Of a stretch of 64,000 nt of DNA, positions 17,758 to 27,423 are shown in pieces. Where the stretch lies: NCBI GenBank assembly GCA_017601345.1, contig JAFNIT010000005.1, positions 670-64,669 of the forward strand, in the 5' to 3' direction. The position numbers were made by a program, and so were the translations under genes. The notes beneath the pieces are model-generated. The model saw only the letters and a program-made list of their open reading frames with translations. It was not told where the DNA came from and did not search any database. Origin of the DNA: Candidatus Brockarchaeota archaeon (GTDB lineage Archaea > Thermoproteota > EX4484-205 > JAAOZP01). Within the stretch, counting starts at the first letter, position 1. Every line of letters starts with the position of its first letter.

Positions 17758-18303
17758 TTGCCTTCTTTACACAAGATGCTGCAAGATATAGCGAGTGGAA
17801 ACTATTCAGAATATCTTAAGCCAATCAGAGAAATACTCGTAAACATAGGAATGGTTGTTGAAGGACTTGGAAGCAGCCAAGCCAAGAGCATATCCCTGCT
17901 AATATCTAAACATAATAGCTTAACGGGGGATGTCGTTAAAAGCATTGCTTCAGTAAGCATCGAAGAAGCTTCTAGGCTTGTAGTACTGACGGGAATTCTC
18001 CTAAATCTTAAACGGGCTATTGAAGCTCTTGATGCTATATCCTTCCTTTTCGAGGGAGGTGAAGAGCCTATTGAAGCTCAGAGGAAGAATGTAAAAGAGG
18101 CTTCTGAAATACTTCTGAAGGCTTTTGGAAATCTGGAGGCAATGAGGGAGAAGGATCTGGATGAGGTTCTCTCAAGGTTTAAACTTCTAAAGATGACCCT
18201 AGGCGGTGTTGAGAGAATAAGAAGCAATACCTTAGCGATACTAATTTACAAAATGGCCTACAATGGTTATTGTGTAGCAAGAGTTGCAAGAGGTCTCGTA
18301 TAA
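17758..18303 (+). CDS. Hypothetical all-helical protein
   Basis: 181-aa ORF with protein-like composition and no recognisable motif. TTG at 17758, or ATG at 17776 ('MLQDIASG'). Confidence 0.45.
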   Translation: MPSLHKMLQDIASGNYSEYLKPIREILVNIGMVVEGLGSSQAKSISLLISKHNSLTGDVVKSIASVSIEEASRLVVLTGILLNLKRAIEALDAISFLFEGGEEPIEAQRKNVKEASEILLKAFGNLEAMREKDLDEVLSRFKLLKMTLGGVERIRSNTLAILIYKMAYNGYCVARVARGLV

Positions 18304-18405
18304 CCCAAACATTACTCCGCGGAGAAAAATTGAAAGAATCTTCAACTAGGCAACCTGCTTGATTATCAGTTGGTAGAAAACCAGAAGATATATTCAATAG
18401 AGAGG

Positions 18406-18708
18406 TTACTGCGTTTTCAATGCTTCTACCCCAGGGAGTTTTTCATCAGAAAGATAACTGATTAAAGCTCCTCCTGCAGTACTTACGAAGCCGATTTTAT
18501 CGTAAACGCCTGCTTTTTCTAATGCGGAAATAGAGTGTCCACCACCTACTACGGTGAATGCTTTTGAAGATGCTGCAGCCTTATAGAGCTCTATTGTACC
18601 TTTTGCAAAAGCCTCTTCCTCAACGCTTCGCCAATTTTCCCACATAGGAATGAGCCTACTGAATCTTTCTCCACCGCCCTTAATTCTTTGCAGCGAGCTT
18701 ATCAACAC
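18406..18708 (-). pseudogene. 3' fragment of a second phosphoglycerate kinase gene
   Basis: The last ~69 codons ('EEAFAKGTIELYKAAASSKAF...GVEALK') align with the C-terminus of pgk at 21828-23039. The N-terminal ~350 codons are absent. Confidence 0.85.
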
Positions 18709-18884
18709 ATGTTCACCGGTATGCTCCTTTCAAAATGATTTGTATTTTAAACAACACGTTATAAGCTTGACGTAATCATTAGATGCATATCGGAAACCAA
18801 CTCTAAAGAGAACAGAGACAGAAATAATCATGAGGTATTTCTTCATTTTTATTTTAAGCTTACGCATATAAAACAGACATAAGG

Positions 18885-20327
18885 TTGAGAAGCAAAAGAC
18901 ATAAAAACAGTCGCTATTTGAAAAAATCTAGAATGAATAAAAGTAAAAAAGTATCTTTAGACAGGGTTCTAAAGTTTAAAGGCAAAACGTTATCCATCCT
19001 ATTCTTCTCAATCCTTTTAGTGATTCTCTACTTATCCAACTACGTGATTAAAACCTCATTAGAAGCACCTGTACCGGATGATGATAGAGTAGGCGCTAAA
19101 TCTAGAACACCTATGGAAAAATCTTCGCCGGCCAGCAGCATCGGTGAAAGATATGCTCTTGTTTTTTACGAGCAGCTCTCAACATATATAGCAACATCTA
19201 TTTTAGATAGTGGCTACAGGGTTAAGATTGCTATTCTTGAGCCGTCTAACACCTTCCAACCACCTAAAATATTCAAAGATAATGGAATAACATCATTAGG
19301 ATATTTGAACATACTTGGAGTTCCCTCTTCCCTTCTTAGCTGGGTTAAGGAAAACCATCCGGAATGGCTACTTTATACCTCTTCAGGAGAACCGGCTAGG
19401 TACTGGTACGGAGAGAATTTAATGTGTAACTTGGCAGTAAACAGTTTTAAGGAATACTTGATAGACAGAGCTAGGAGCATTATAGAAAAAGGATACGACG
19501 GCGTCTTCCTAGACGACGTAGTGATTAATCCATCCGAGTTAGGAGGGCCGCTTTACGATCAGCCAATTTATGATGAACTAAAACATGGTCCATGGATAGA
19601 TCATCTCGTTGAACTATTTAAAAGGATAAAAAGCGAGACAGATGCAATAGTTGTGTACAACGCTGGTTGGGATCCTCCAAACGAACAATTGATGAACGTG
19701 GCAGATGGAGTAATGCTTGAAAGCCATCCTGGTTCTTGGAGTGGAAACGTTAATTCACCCAATTATTATTTGAGGAATTGGGATACTATCTATAATATCT
19801 CAGTTATAGCACAAAGATATGCGGAAAAGAGCAAGATAATCGTTGCATTGAATTACGGGGATGACGAAAGGACGGCGTTCTACACGTATGCAGCTGTGAG
19901 GCTTTTCGACTTCTACTATTGGTACTCTGTGCCTGCTTTAAATTCCATTTCAGAGTCTAAAGTTTTGAAGCTCGACCTAGGCGAACCATTTGACGAACAT
20001 CACGTAGCGAATGACATATATTTCAGAATATACTCTAAGGGGATAGTAATATTAAATCCAACAAGTAAAAATTCGCGGGTTTCAATCAGAGTGCCCCACA
20101 ATTTAAGTAGGCTTATCGACATAAAAACCATGAGTACGTACGAAGTGCATAATGGTAATTTAACGCTTGAGGTCGTGTCAAAAGAAGGTTATGTTTTACT
20201 CCAAGATCCTATGGAAGGGGTAAATCCATATCCCATGCTTCTCCTATGCTTGACAATTATCATAGTTATGGTATTCTCTTCTATGGTTTTCATTAGAAGA
20301 AGAGCAAGCCTACGTTCCACACATTAA
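18885..20327 (+). CDS. Bitopic membrane protein with a putative GH114-like TIM-barrel glycoside hydrolase domain
   Basis: N-terminal TM ('LSILFFSILLVILYL') and C-terminal TM ('MLLLCLTIIIVMVFSSMVFI'). 'IEKGYDGVFLDDVV' and 'ADGVMLESH' resemble PF03537/GH114-type proteins. This assignment is tentative. Confidence 0.45.
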   Translation: MRSKRHKNSRYLKKSRMNKSKKVSLDRVLKFKGKTLSILFFSILLVILYLSNYVIKTSLEAPVPDDDRVGAKSRTPMEKSSPASSIGERYALVFYEQLSTYIATSILDSGYRVKIAILEPSNTFQPPKIFKDNGITSLGYLNILGVPSSLLSWVKENHPEWLLYTSSGEPARYWYGENLMCNLAVNSFKEYLIDRARSIIEKGYDGVFLDDVVINPSELGGPLYDQPIYDELKHGPWIDHLVELFKRIKSETDAIVVYNAGWDPPNEQLMNVADGVMLESHPGSWSGNVNSPNYYLRNWDTIYNISVIAQRYAEKSKIIVALNYGDDERTAFYTYAAVRLFDFYYWYSVPALNSISESKVLKLDLGEPFDEHHVANDIYFRIYSKGIVILNPTSKNSRVSIRVPHNLSRLIDIKTMSTYEVHNGNLTLEVVSKEGYVLLQDPMEGVNPYPMLLLCLTIIIVMVFSSMVFIRRRASLRSTH

Positions 20328-20511
20328 AAAACATGCCATGATAACCTTGGGATCGAGGTCAGGTCATATTCTAAGTTCTGTTCGCTACAATCCGTAAAAA
20401 ATCAAGCCCCTAGCGTTATACAAAACTTTATTACATTCAGCATTTTCCAAAACCTCTCTTAAACCTGCTCGTTCAGCCTGTGTATCCAGGCCTTCGACTA
20501 GCCACTGTAAG

Positions 20512-20520
20512 CTTTAAAAA
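20512..20520 (+). promoter_or_regulatory. TATA-like box 'ctttaaaaa' upstream of the pseudogene (paralogous to 15796-15804)
   Basis: Same sequence context and same ~40-nt spacing to the ATG as in the intact paralog. Confidence 0.4.
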
Positions 20521-20555
20521 GCGTTTAAACAACCTTACTGAGTGTTAAAAACCGT

Positions 20556-21763
20556 ATGCTGGACCCTTACAGGATAAGGGAGGATTTTCCGAGCATTATG
20601 GGAGAGTACATTTTTATGAATAATGCTGATTCAACCGGCATACATGTCTCGGTTTTAGAGAAAATACTTGCCTACCATAATGAGGTTAAGAGCATACCTG
20701 GAGTTGAAAACACTTCCTCCCATAGGACTCTCGAGCTCTATGAGGAGGATCGTGAAAAGGTTCTCGAGAACTTCGGAGCGAGTAAGGACAACATAGTCTT
20801 TACGTCGAGCAACCTTCAAAGCCTACTGATCCTTCAAAGCATCGATTTTAAGAAAAACGATGTTTTCCTAGTTCCCTCCAACGCTCAAGGCGGGGTTATG
20901 AGCCTCCTTAAGGAGTATGTTGAGATGATGAGGGGTAGGCTTGAAGTTCTGGACTTCTAGGAGGAGGATTTTGAGGAGAAGCTTAAGAGAACGGTGGCTG
21001 TGAAGAGCGTTAAAGCAGCCCTGTTGAACCATGTTTCAGGAGCAACCGGAACAATGCTCCAGGTCGACAAGGTTATGCCGTCTCTAAAGGAGAAGGGTGT
21101 TATGACCATTCTGGACGCTACCTACTCCGCTCAAAGAATTAGGCTTATCCCTCCTAAGATGAGCGTTGACTGTGCTTTTTTCAGGTCCGGAAATATGTTC
21201 AACATGGAGGGACTGAACATACTTTATGTTTCAGAGGAGAGGTGTAGCAGAGTTGAGAAGAGCACGGGCTTCTTCGTGGTTAAGCAGGATGAGAAGGGAG
21301 AACTGCGTCGGTGTCGTTGCTTTGGCAGCAGCATTAGAGTATCTTAACGGGCTGGGCTTCAAAGATATTTTAAACCATGAGAGAAACCTTACTGAAGAAA
21401 TCGTGAACGCTGCATCAGGGGAAGGAGTGACCTTTTACCAGTTTGCTTCGAAAGAGCTTAGAACAGGAATATTCTCGCTAGTGCTTAACCGTGTTCCTTC
21501 AAACCTTCTTCAAACTATTCTGGAGTATGTTCCACATACTTGCTGAGTCAGGCAGCTTCGACAGCCCGACTATCATAAGACCGACGGAAGGGGGGTTCTG
21601 AGGCTATCTCCAACGGTTTTTCAACGCCATCAAGGAGGCTAGGGTCGTTGGGGAAAGAATTGCTGAAATAAGGGAGACATACTTTAGGAAAAACGTTAAA
21701 AGCAGGTTCTCGAAGAGGCCTGAAAACAGCTTGGAAGGGGAGAAAAGACATACAGATGAATGA
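20556..21763 (+). pseudogene. Decayed paralog of the class-V aminotransferase-like gene at 15841-17025
   Basis: Collinear with the intact copy across ORF fragments 20556-20960, 20994-21347 and 21226-21546, plus a tail ('AESGSFDSP...IKEARVVGERIAEIRETY'). In-frame TAG at 20958-20960 and at least three frameshifts. Confidence 0.85.
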
Positions 21764-21827
21764 GGCTCACTTTACGTAATTAGAGAAACCCTGGGTTGTA
21801 AGCTTGAAATACGATTCTCGCTTTAAG

Positions 21828-23039
21828 CTATTGCAGAATCTTCAACGCTTCTACTCCTGGAAGCTTCTCCCCAGACAGATAGCTTATTAAGGCTCCTCCG
21901 GCAGTGCTTACGAAACCAATCTTATCATATACTCCGGCTTTTTCAAGAGCCGAGATCGAGTGACCACCGCCAACAACGCTGAAAGCCTTTGAAGAAGCCG
22001 CAGCCCTGTAGAGCTCCAGGGTGCCTTTCGCGAAAGCATCCTCCTCAAAGACCCCGACAGGGCCGTTGAAAACGATCGTACTGGCCTTCTGCAACTCCCT
22101 CGAGAAAACCTTTATCGTTTCAGACCCTATGTCCTTCAACGGGTGTTCAACAGGCAGCTGGGAAACCATGTATTCAACTCTCTCCCCATCCACGTCGACA
22201 GCGTAATCGTATGGAAGCATAATGTTTTGTGAATGCTTACCCAGTATTTTAGAAGCTGCCTCACGGAACTTACCCAGACCCTTCTCCTCTATTAGCTTCG
22301 AGTTGACGCTGCCAAGCCTGAAGCCGGCGGCCTCATGGAATACTTGCGCGATCATCCCCCCTAGGAGAACCTTGTCAGCAATACCCTTGTCCAGAACGTT
22401 CTCGATCACTTTAAAAGTCTCCTTAGCCTTAGCCCCCCCTAAAACGTAGAGACATGGTTTAGAAGGATTGTCAACAACCTTCTCAAGAGCCCTCAGCTCT
22501 CTCTCCATAACCCTGCCGGCAACCGAGGGCAGTACTGCTGTGAATCCTATTATTGAAGCGTGAGCCCTGTGCGACGCTGAGAAAGCATCGTTAACGAAAA
22601 AGTCTGCAAACGGAGCCAGTGTAGAGACAAGAACACCTCTGGCATGCTCTTCAGCCGTCTTGGTCTCTGTCTCCTCGTCAAGCATCCTGACGTTCTCAAG
22701 CAGAAGAGCCTCACCAGGCTTTAACTCTCTTATAGCGTTAATAGCATTAACCCCAACGATATCGTTAACATACTTAAGGTTCTTAACATACTTTAGCATC
22801 GCCCTATAATGTCTACTGAAATCGCTGAAATCAGGGTCCCCTTTCCTGCCTTGATGCCCAAGTATCACTACTTTCGCATTCTTCCTCAGAAGCTCGTTTA
22901 TAGTTTCAGAATGCTCCCTTATTCTTGAATCATCGATGATTTCAAGAGTCTGCGGGTCCAGGGGAGAGTTTATGTCGACCCTTAAAATAACGGTTTTCCC
23001 GTTGAATTCAAAATCATCCAGAGTCCTGAAATTAGCCAT
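21828..23039 (-). CDS. pgk: Phosphoglycerate kinase
   Basis: Full-length archaeal Pgk pattern ('RVDINSPL', 'ILGHQGRKG', 'GGAKAKE', 'VVGGGHS'). Confidence 0.95.
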   Translation of the reverse strand: MANFRTLDDFEFNGKTVILRVDINSPLDPQTLEIIDDSRIREHSETINELLRKNAKVVILGHQGRKGDPDFSDFSRHYRAMLKYVKNLKYVNDIVGVNAINAIRELKPGEALLLENVRMLDEETETKTAEEHARGVLVSTLAPFADFFVNDAFSASHRAHASIIGFTAVLPSVAGRVMERELRALEKVVDNPSKPCLYVLGGAKAKETFKVIENVLDKGIADKVLLGGMIAQVFHEAAGFRLGSVNSKLIEEKGLGKFREAASKILGKHSQNIMLPYDYAVDVDGERVEYMVSQLPVEHPLKDIGSETIKVFSRELQKASTIVFNGPVGVFEEDAFAKGTLELYRAAASSKAFSVVGGGHSISALEKAGVYDKIGFVSTAGGALISYLSGEKLPGVEALKILQ

Positions 23040-23491
23040 TTTATCATCGGTTATAGTGTCGGAGGGGGTTTTTTAAGCTTCTCTTTGAATAACTACTCTT
23101 ACAGTTCTTTTACGACTGTTCAGGATTTTTCATTATTTTTTATACGCTGCTTACATGCGGTTACTTAGGAATTCCTTTGTATAGATGGTGCCGCCGACAA
23201 ATGGGGCCTGGAAGACCCATGAAACAAAAATTCATAGGTTTCAAGCCTGACACAATAATGTTTATTCCATCACCACGTGGGTGCCGTAAGCCCATCTCAG
23301 GCCCATCATCAATAGGGTAATCGGAAAATAGAGCTATGCACTGCGACATACCAAACATCTAATGGAATTGCTAATGCTCGCTGGCAATACCCGGAAATCT
23401 GTTGAAAAGGCCTACAATATTCCCTAACCCCATTCTCCAACCCTGCTGTTTTTAACGTTAATGATGCTATATTTCTTTAATAATTGAATTG

Positions 23492-23539
23492 TCCTTATAT
23501 TAAGGAAATTTTTAGAAAAAATTATCCTTCTAATAAGGA
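23492..23539. promoter_or_regulatory. Two copies of the palindromic motif TCCTT-N5-AAGGA
   Basis: 'tccttatattaagga' (23492-23506) and 'tccttctaataagga' (23525-23539), 30-80 nt upstream of the ATPase pseudogene start at 23572. Confidence 0.35.
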
Positions 23540-23571
23540 AAATTCAAATATCCTTTTGCAGCATATCATTC

Positions 23572-24832
23572 ATGGAAAGAGACAAAGTAACAGACTATTT
23601 TCTAGAGTACGAGTACGTAAATATCAAGCCATGGATGGTGCAGAGGGAGTTTGAGGTCCCTCTGGATTCAGGGTTCGTCATATCCATAATTGGCCCAAGG
23701 AGGAGCGGTAAAACTTACTACCTTCTACAGATTTCCCAGAGGCTTAGGAACCATGTTTACTTGAACTTACTTGCGGCTTCATGATGTAAGCTATAGGGAA
23801 ATAAGAGGCCTCTTAAGGATTTTCGTGGAAATTTTTAAGACTACGCCAGAATCGATCCTTTTGGATGAAATACAAGAAATAAGAGGGTGGGAAATCGTAG
23901 TAAGGGAACTGCAAGATGCAAGAAAATACAAGATTTTTATTACGGGTTCCTCTTAAGCGGAGAAATAGCGAGCAGGTTACGTGGTAGAACTCTATCATTT
24001 CTATTGCTTCCGTTCAGCTTCAGGGAGTTTTTTAAAAGCAAAGAATATCGACGTAAGGCCGCTCCTGACCCTTGATGAGGCTGCGAAGATTAAAGCTCTG
24101 CTAAGGGAGTACTTGGAGCTCGGAGGATTCCCGGAAGTCGTGCTTAATGAAATGAAAACAAAAATATTGAAAGAGTATTCTGACCTTATCCTATTCAGAG
24201 ATTTCATAGAGAGGCATAGTGTGAAGAACATCGAAATAGCAAGGTTTATCCACTCTTTCATTCTCCAAAACTTCTCCAGAGAGGTTTCTATAGCCTCCCT
24301 GTTTAAGAAAGCGATGGACGGAGGAATGAAGGTGGCGAAGGACACTGTCTACAGTTATGTATCCAACCTCGAGGACACCGTATCGTTCTTCTTCCTTAAG
24401 AAATATTCGGAGAAGGCGTATTTAAGGGAGACGTGGCCCAAGAAAATCTATCTCTGCGACACGGGCCTGTCGAAGGCTGTTAGGTTTCATGAGGATATTG
24501 GGAAGCTCATGGAGAACATTGTATTTTCTAGAGTTGAAGAGGATGCAGAACAGAAATCCCCTACTAGAGTTTTTCTACTGGAAAGATACTGGAGAAAGGG
24601 AGGTTGATTTCATTATAAGAGAAGGAGTGGAAATCAAGCAGTTGATACAAGTTACATATGCTTCAAGCAGGGAGGAAATCGAGAAAAGGGAAATCAAAGC
24701 CTTAATTAAGGCTGGAGAACAATTAAGCTGTAAAAAATTGCTAATAATAACTTGATTACGAGGATCAACTGAAGGTAGATGAGAAAAATATCGAATGTAA
24801 ACCATTATGGAAATGGCTATTGCAAACCTCAT
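23572..24832 (+). pseudogene. Frameshifted AAA-type ATPase of the DUF4143 (COG1373-like) family
   Basis: Walker A 'IIGPRRSGKTYYLLQ'. Homology runs through five overlapping ORF fragments in different frames and ends with the typical 'IECKPLWKWLL' tail after a further frameshift past 24755. Confidence 0.8.
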
Positions 24833-25081
24833 AGACCTCTTTCTCTATCCTAATCGTAACATGCTTCCTCCTACAGCTAGGTTATTCCTAATTTTACGGA
24901 CCTAAGGGATAGTGGCCTAGCTTTTTCATTAAACGGTTTAAATATCTTAAAATCGATTTCTAAAAATTTAAATTCAGTCTAAGACTTTGACAACTTTTGA
25001 CCCGGAAATTCGGATTTAAGTCTGAAATTTGAAGACGAAATCTTTAAAAAGATATGAATCGAATCTTCGCCGAGTTGAAAC

Positions 25082-27118
25082 ATGGAGCAAAAAGTAGAGC
25101 TTTATAAAGAATTCGAAGAATACATAATTCCTCCATCGTGGAAGAATAGGATTTGGAACATAGAGGATTTTAAAAAGTTTCATGAAGAAACCACTAAGGA
25201 TAAAAACTCTATTGAAGAATGGTGGTCAAAGTGGGCTGAGCAATTACCATGGTTTAAAAAGTGGAGCAGGGTCCTCGACGATAATAACCCACCATTCTTC
25301 CGATGGTTCGTAGGTGGAGAGATTAACCTTGCCTACCTCTGCACAGACTGGCAAATAATAAACGGCAGAAAGAACAAACTCGCATTAATATGGGAGGGAG
25401 AGCCGATTGACGAGGCTACTGGAATCCCCAAGGAAGTTAGAAAATTCACATACTACGATATTCACAGAATATCCAATAGGGTTGCCTATGCACTCACAAG
25501 TAAGCTGAACGTAAAGAGGGGAGAGGTTTTAACACTATACTTACCGATGATCCCTGAGCTCCCCTTCTACATGCTTGCCCTACAAAGAATAGGGGCGAAA
25601 CACAGTATTGTTTATAGCGGCTTTAGTGCAATAGCTCTAGCCGATAGGATTGAAGCAGCCGGATCCAGGATAATCGTAACAGCAGACGGCCTCTATAGAA
25701 GAGGGAGAATAATAAAGCTTAAGGAAGTCGTCGACGAGGCATTGAAAATACTGGAGGAAAGAGGACATAAGGTCGAAAAGGTTATTGTCGTCAGAAGGAC
25801 CGATAGGACTGACATACCTTTCAATGAAACCAGGGACATATGGCACACCGACTTCTTGGCTGGTGTTCCTGAGAATGCTAAGGTTGATGCCGTCCCCCTA
25901 CCTTCAGACGACTTCTCCTACATACTTTACACGTCTGGAACAACAGGTGCTCCAAAGGGCTCTCAAGAATCCATAGGCGGCTATGCCGTAGGACTATACG
26001 CAACAATGAAGATGATATTCGACGTTAAGGATGATGATATCTACTGGTGTACTGCAGACATAGGCTGGGTCACCGGTCATTCTTACATAGTCTACGGCCC
26101 TCTGATGACTGGATTAACATCGGTAATGTACGAGGGTGCCCCAGATTACCCTGGTCCAGACAGATGGTGGAGCATTATAGAGAGATACGGTGTCACAATA
26201 TTCTACACAACTCCCACAGCCATAAGAATGCTAATGAGGTTTCCAGATGAACTCATTAAGAAGCATGATCTCTCCACGATCAGAATAGCTCATTCAGTTG
26301 GTGAACCAATAAATCCAGAAGCATTTAGATGGTTATATAAAAATATATGTAGAAACGACGCGGTTTCTTCTTCTACTTGGTGGATGACTGAGACAGGCCA
26401 TATATTGACTGGACATCTTCCAGGCTTAGGGAAGATATATCCGCTTAAACCTGGTACGAACGGCTACCCTCTGCCAGGCGTTAAGGCGGATGTTATTGAT
26501 GAAGATGGTAATTCCTGTCCGCCGGGGGTGAGAGGCTATTTCGTCATAAGGACACCGTGGCCGGGGATGTTGATGACGCTGTATAAGGATCCTCAGAGGT
26601 ATGTTGATGTGTATTGGAAGAGATGGGAGGGGTGTTTCTGGACTGGAGACTATGCGGTAAGAGACCAGGACGGGTATTTCTGGATACTTGGCAGGGCTGA
26701 CGACGTTATCAAGGTGGCTGGCCACAGGATAGGTACTGCCGAAGTGGAATCTGCGATGATCATGCATCCTGCTGTTGCAGAGTCCGCATGCGTCGGTAAG
26801 CCTGATGAAGTTAAAGGGGAAATACCGATGATATTCACTGTTTTAAAACAGGGGTACAACGGTACTCCAGAGCTTGAACAGGAGTTGAAAATGCATTTAA
26901 GGAAGACGATCGGCCCCCTAGTGGCGTCGGATGCTATGATAGTTTTCATTAACGCTGTCCCGAAGACTAGGAGCGGCAAGATCATGAGGAGGTTGTTGAG
27001 GGCGGTGGTTTCAAACAGGCCTCTCGGCGACGTGACGACCCTGGAGGACGATGCGGCCGTTAAAGAGGTTACAGAGGCGTACAATGCGATAAGAGAGGCT
27101 CTCGAAAGGAGAAGGTAG
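25082..27118 (+). CDS. acs: Acetyl-CoA synthetase (AMP-forming)
   Basis: 'YTSGTTGAPKG', 'WWMTETG' and 'PKTRSGKIMRR' are acyl-adenylate-forming enzyme signatures with Acs length and layout. Confidence 0.9.
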   Translation: MEQKVELYKEFEEYIIPPSWKNRIWNIEDFKKFHEETTKDKNSIEEWWSKWAEQLPWFKKWSRVLDDNNPPFFRWFVGGEINLAYLCTDWQIINGRKNKLALIWEGEPIDEATGIPKEVRKFTYYDIHRISNRVAYALTSKLNVKRGEVLTLYLPMIPELPFYMLALQRIGAKHSIVYSGFSAIALADRIEAAGSRIIVTADGLYRRGRIIKLKEVVDEALKILEERGHKVEKVIVVRRTDRTDIPFNETRDIWHTDFLAGVPENAKVDAVPLPSDDFSYILYTSGTTGAPKGSQESIGGYAVGLYATMKMIFDVKDDDIYWCTADIGWVTGHSYIVYGPLMTGLTSVMYEGAPDYPGPDRWWSIIERYGVTIFYTTPTAIRMLMRFPDELIKKHDLSTIRIAHSVGEPINPEAFRWLYKNICRNDAVSSSTWWMTETGHILTGHLPGLGKIYPLKPGTNGYPLPGVKADVIDEDGNSCPPGVRGYFVIRTPWPGMLMTLYKDPQRYVDVYWKRWEGCFWTGDYAVRDQDGYFWILGRADDVIKVAGHRIGTAEVESAMIMHPAVAESACVGKPDEVKGEIPMIFTVLKQGYNGTPELEQELKMHLRKTIGPLVASDAMIVFINAVPKTRSGKIMRRLLRAVVSNRPLGDVTTLEDDAAVKEVTEAYNAIREALERRR

Positions 27119-27152
27119 AACCATCTCGCAAAAACAGTGATAACTGCGGGAC

Positions 27153-27422
27153 CTACTTCTTTTTCTTCGGCTTTTCCGCCTTTGCCTTCTTCAACTCCTC
27201 TATCTTCTTCCTCAATTCTTTGTAAAACGCTTTCTCCTCCTGGCGACTGCTATACTCGTAGACATATGCCTCGCGGCATGCATCAGCTCTCTTCACTATT
27301 TCATTAAAGATCTGGTCCTCCGTCATGCCGCTTGGGTCGAAGGTAGATGTGAAGAACGGTCTGTCTCCACACATCTCAAAAATAATATCTACTCCATGTT
27401 TCTCCCTCGTCCTCTTGGCCAC
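27153..27422 (-). CDS. Hypothetical small protein with a Lys-rich tail
   Basis: 89 aa with C-terminal 'KKAKAEKPKKKK'. Starts 1 nt after the stop of the upstream ORF (27424-27837). No recognisable family. Confidence 0.5.
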   Translation of the reverse strand: MAKRTREKHGVDIIFEMCGDRPFFTSTFDPSGMTEDQIFNEIVKRADACREAYVYEYSSRQEEKAFYKELRKKIEELKKAKAEKPKKKK

Positions 27423-27423
27423 C

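Noticed and set aside
20958-20960. The in-frame TAG in the aminotransferase-like paralog could be a recoding event (pyrrolysine or read-through).
   Set aside because: The same gene carries several additional frameshifts downstream. No pyl genes are present in the window, and the lineage is not known for Pyl. Simple pseudogenisation explains it.
23161-23358. A 65-aa ORF lies downstream of... more precisely upstream of pgk's promoter side, in the 530-nt gap before the ATPase pseudogene.
   Set aside because: Its composition is not convincing and no motif is present. It lies in a region that otherwise looks like decayed sequence.
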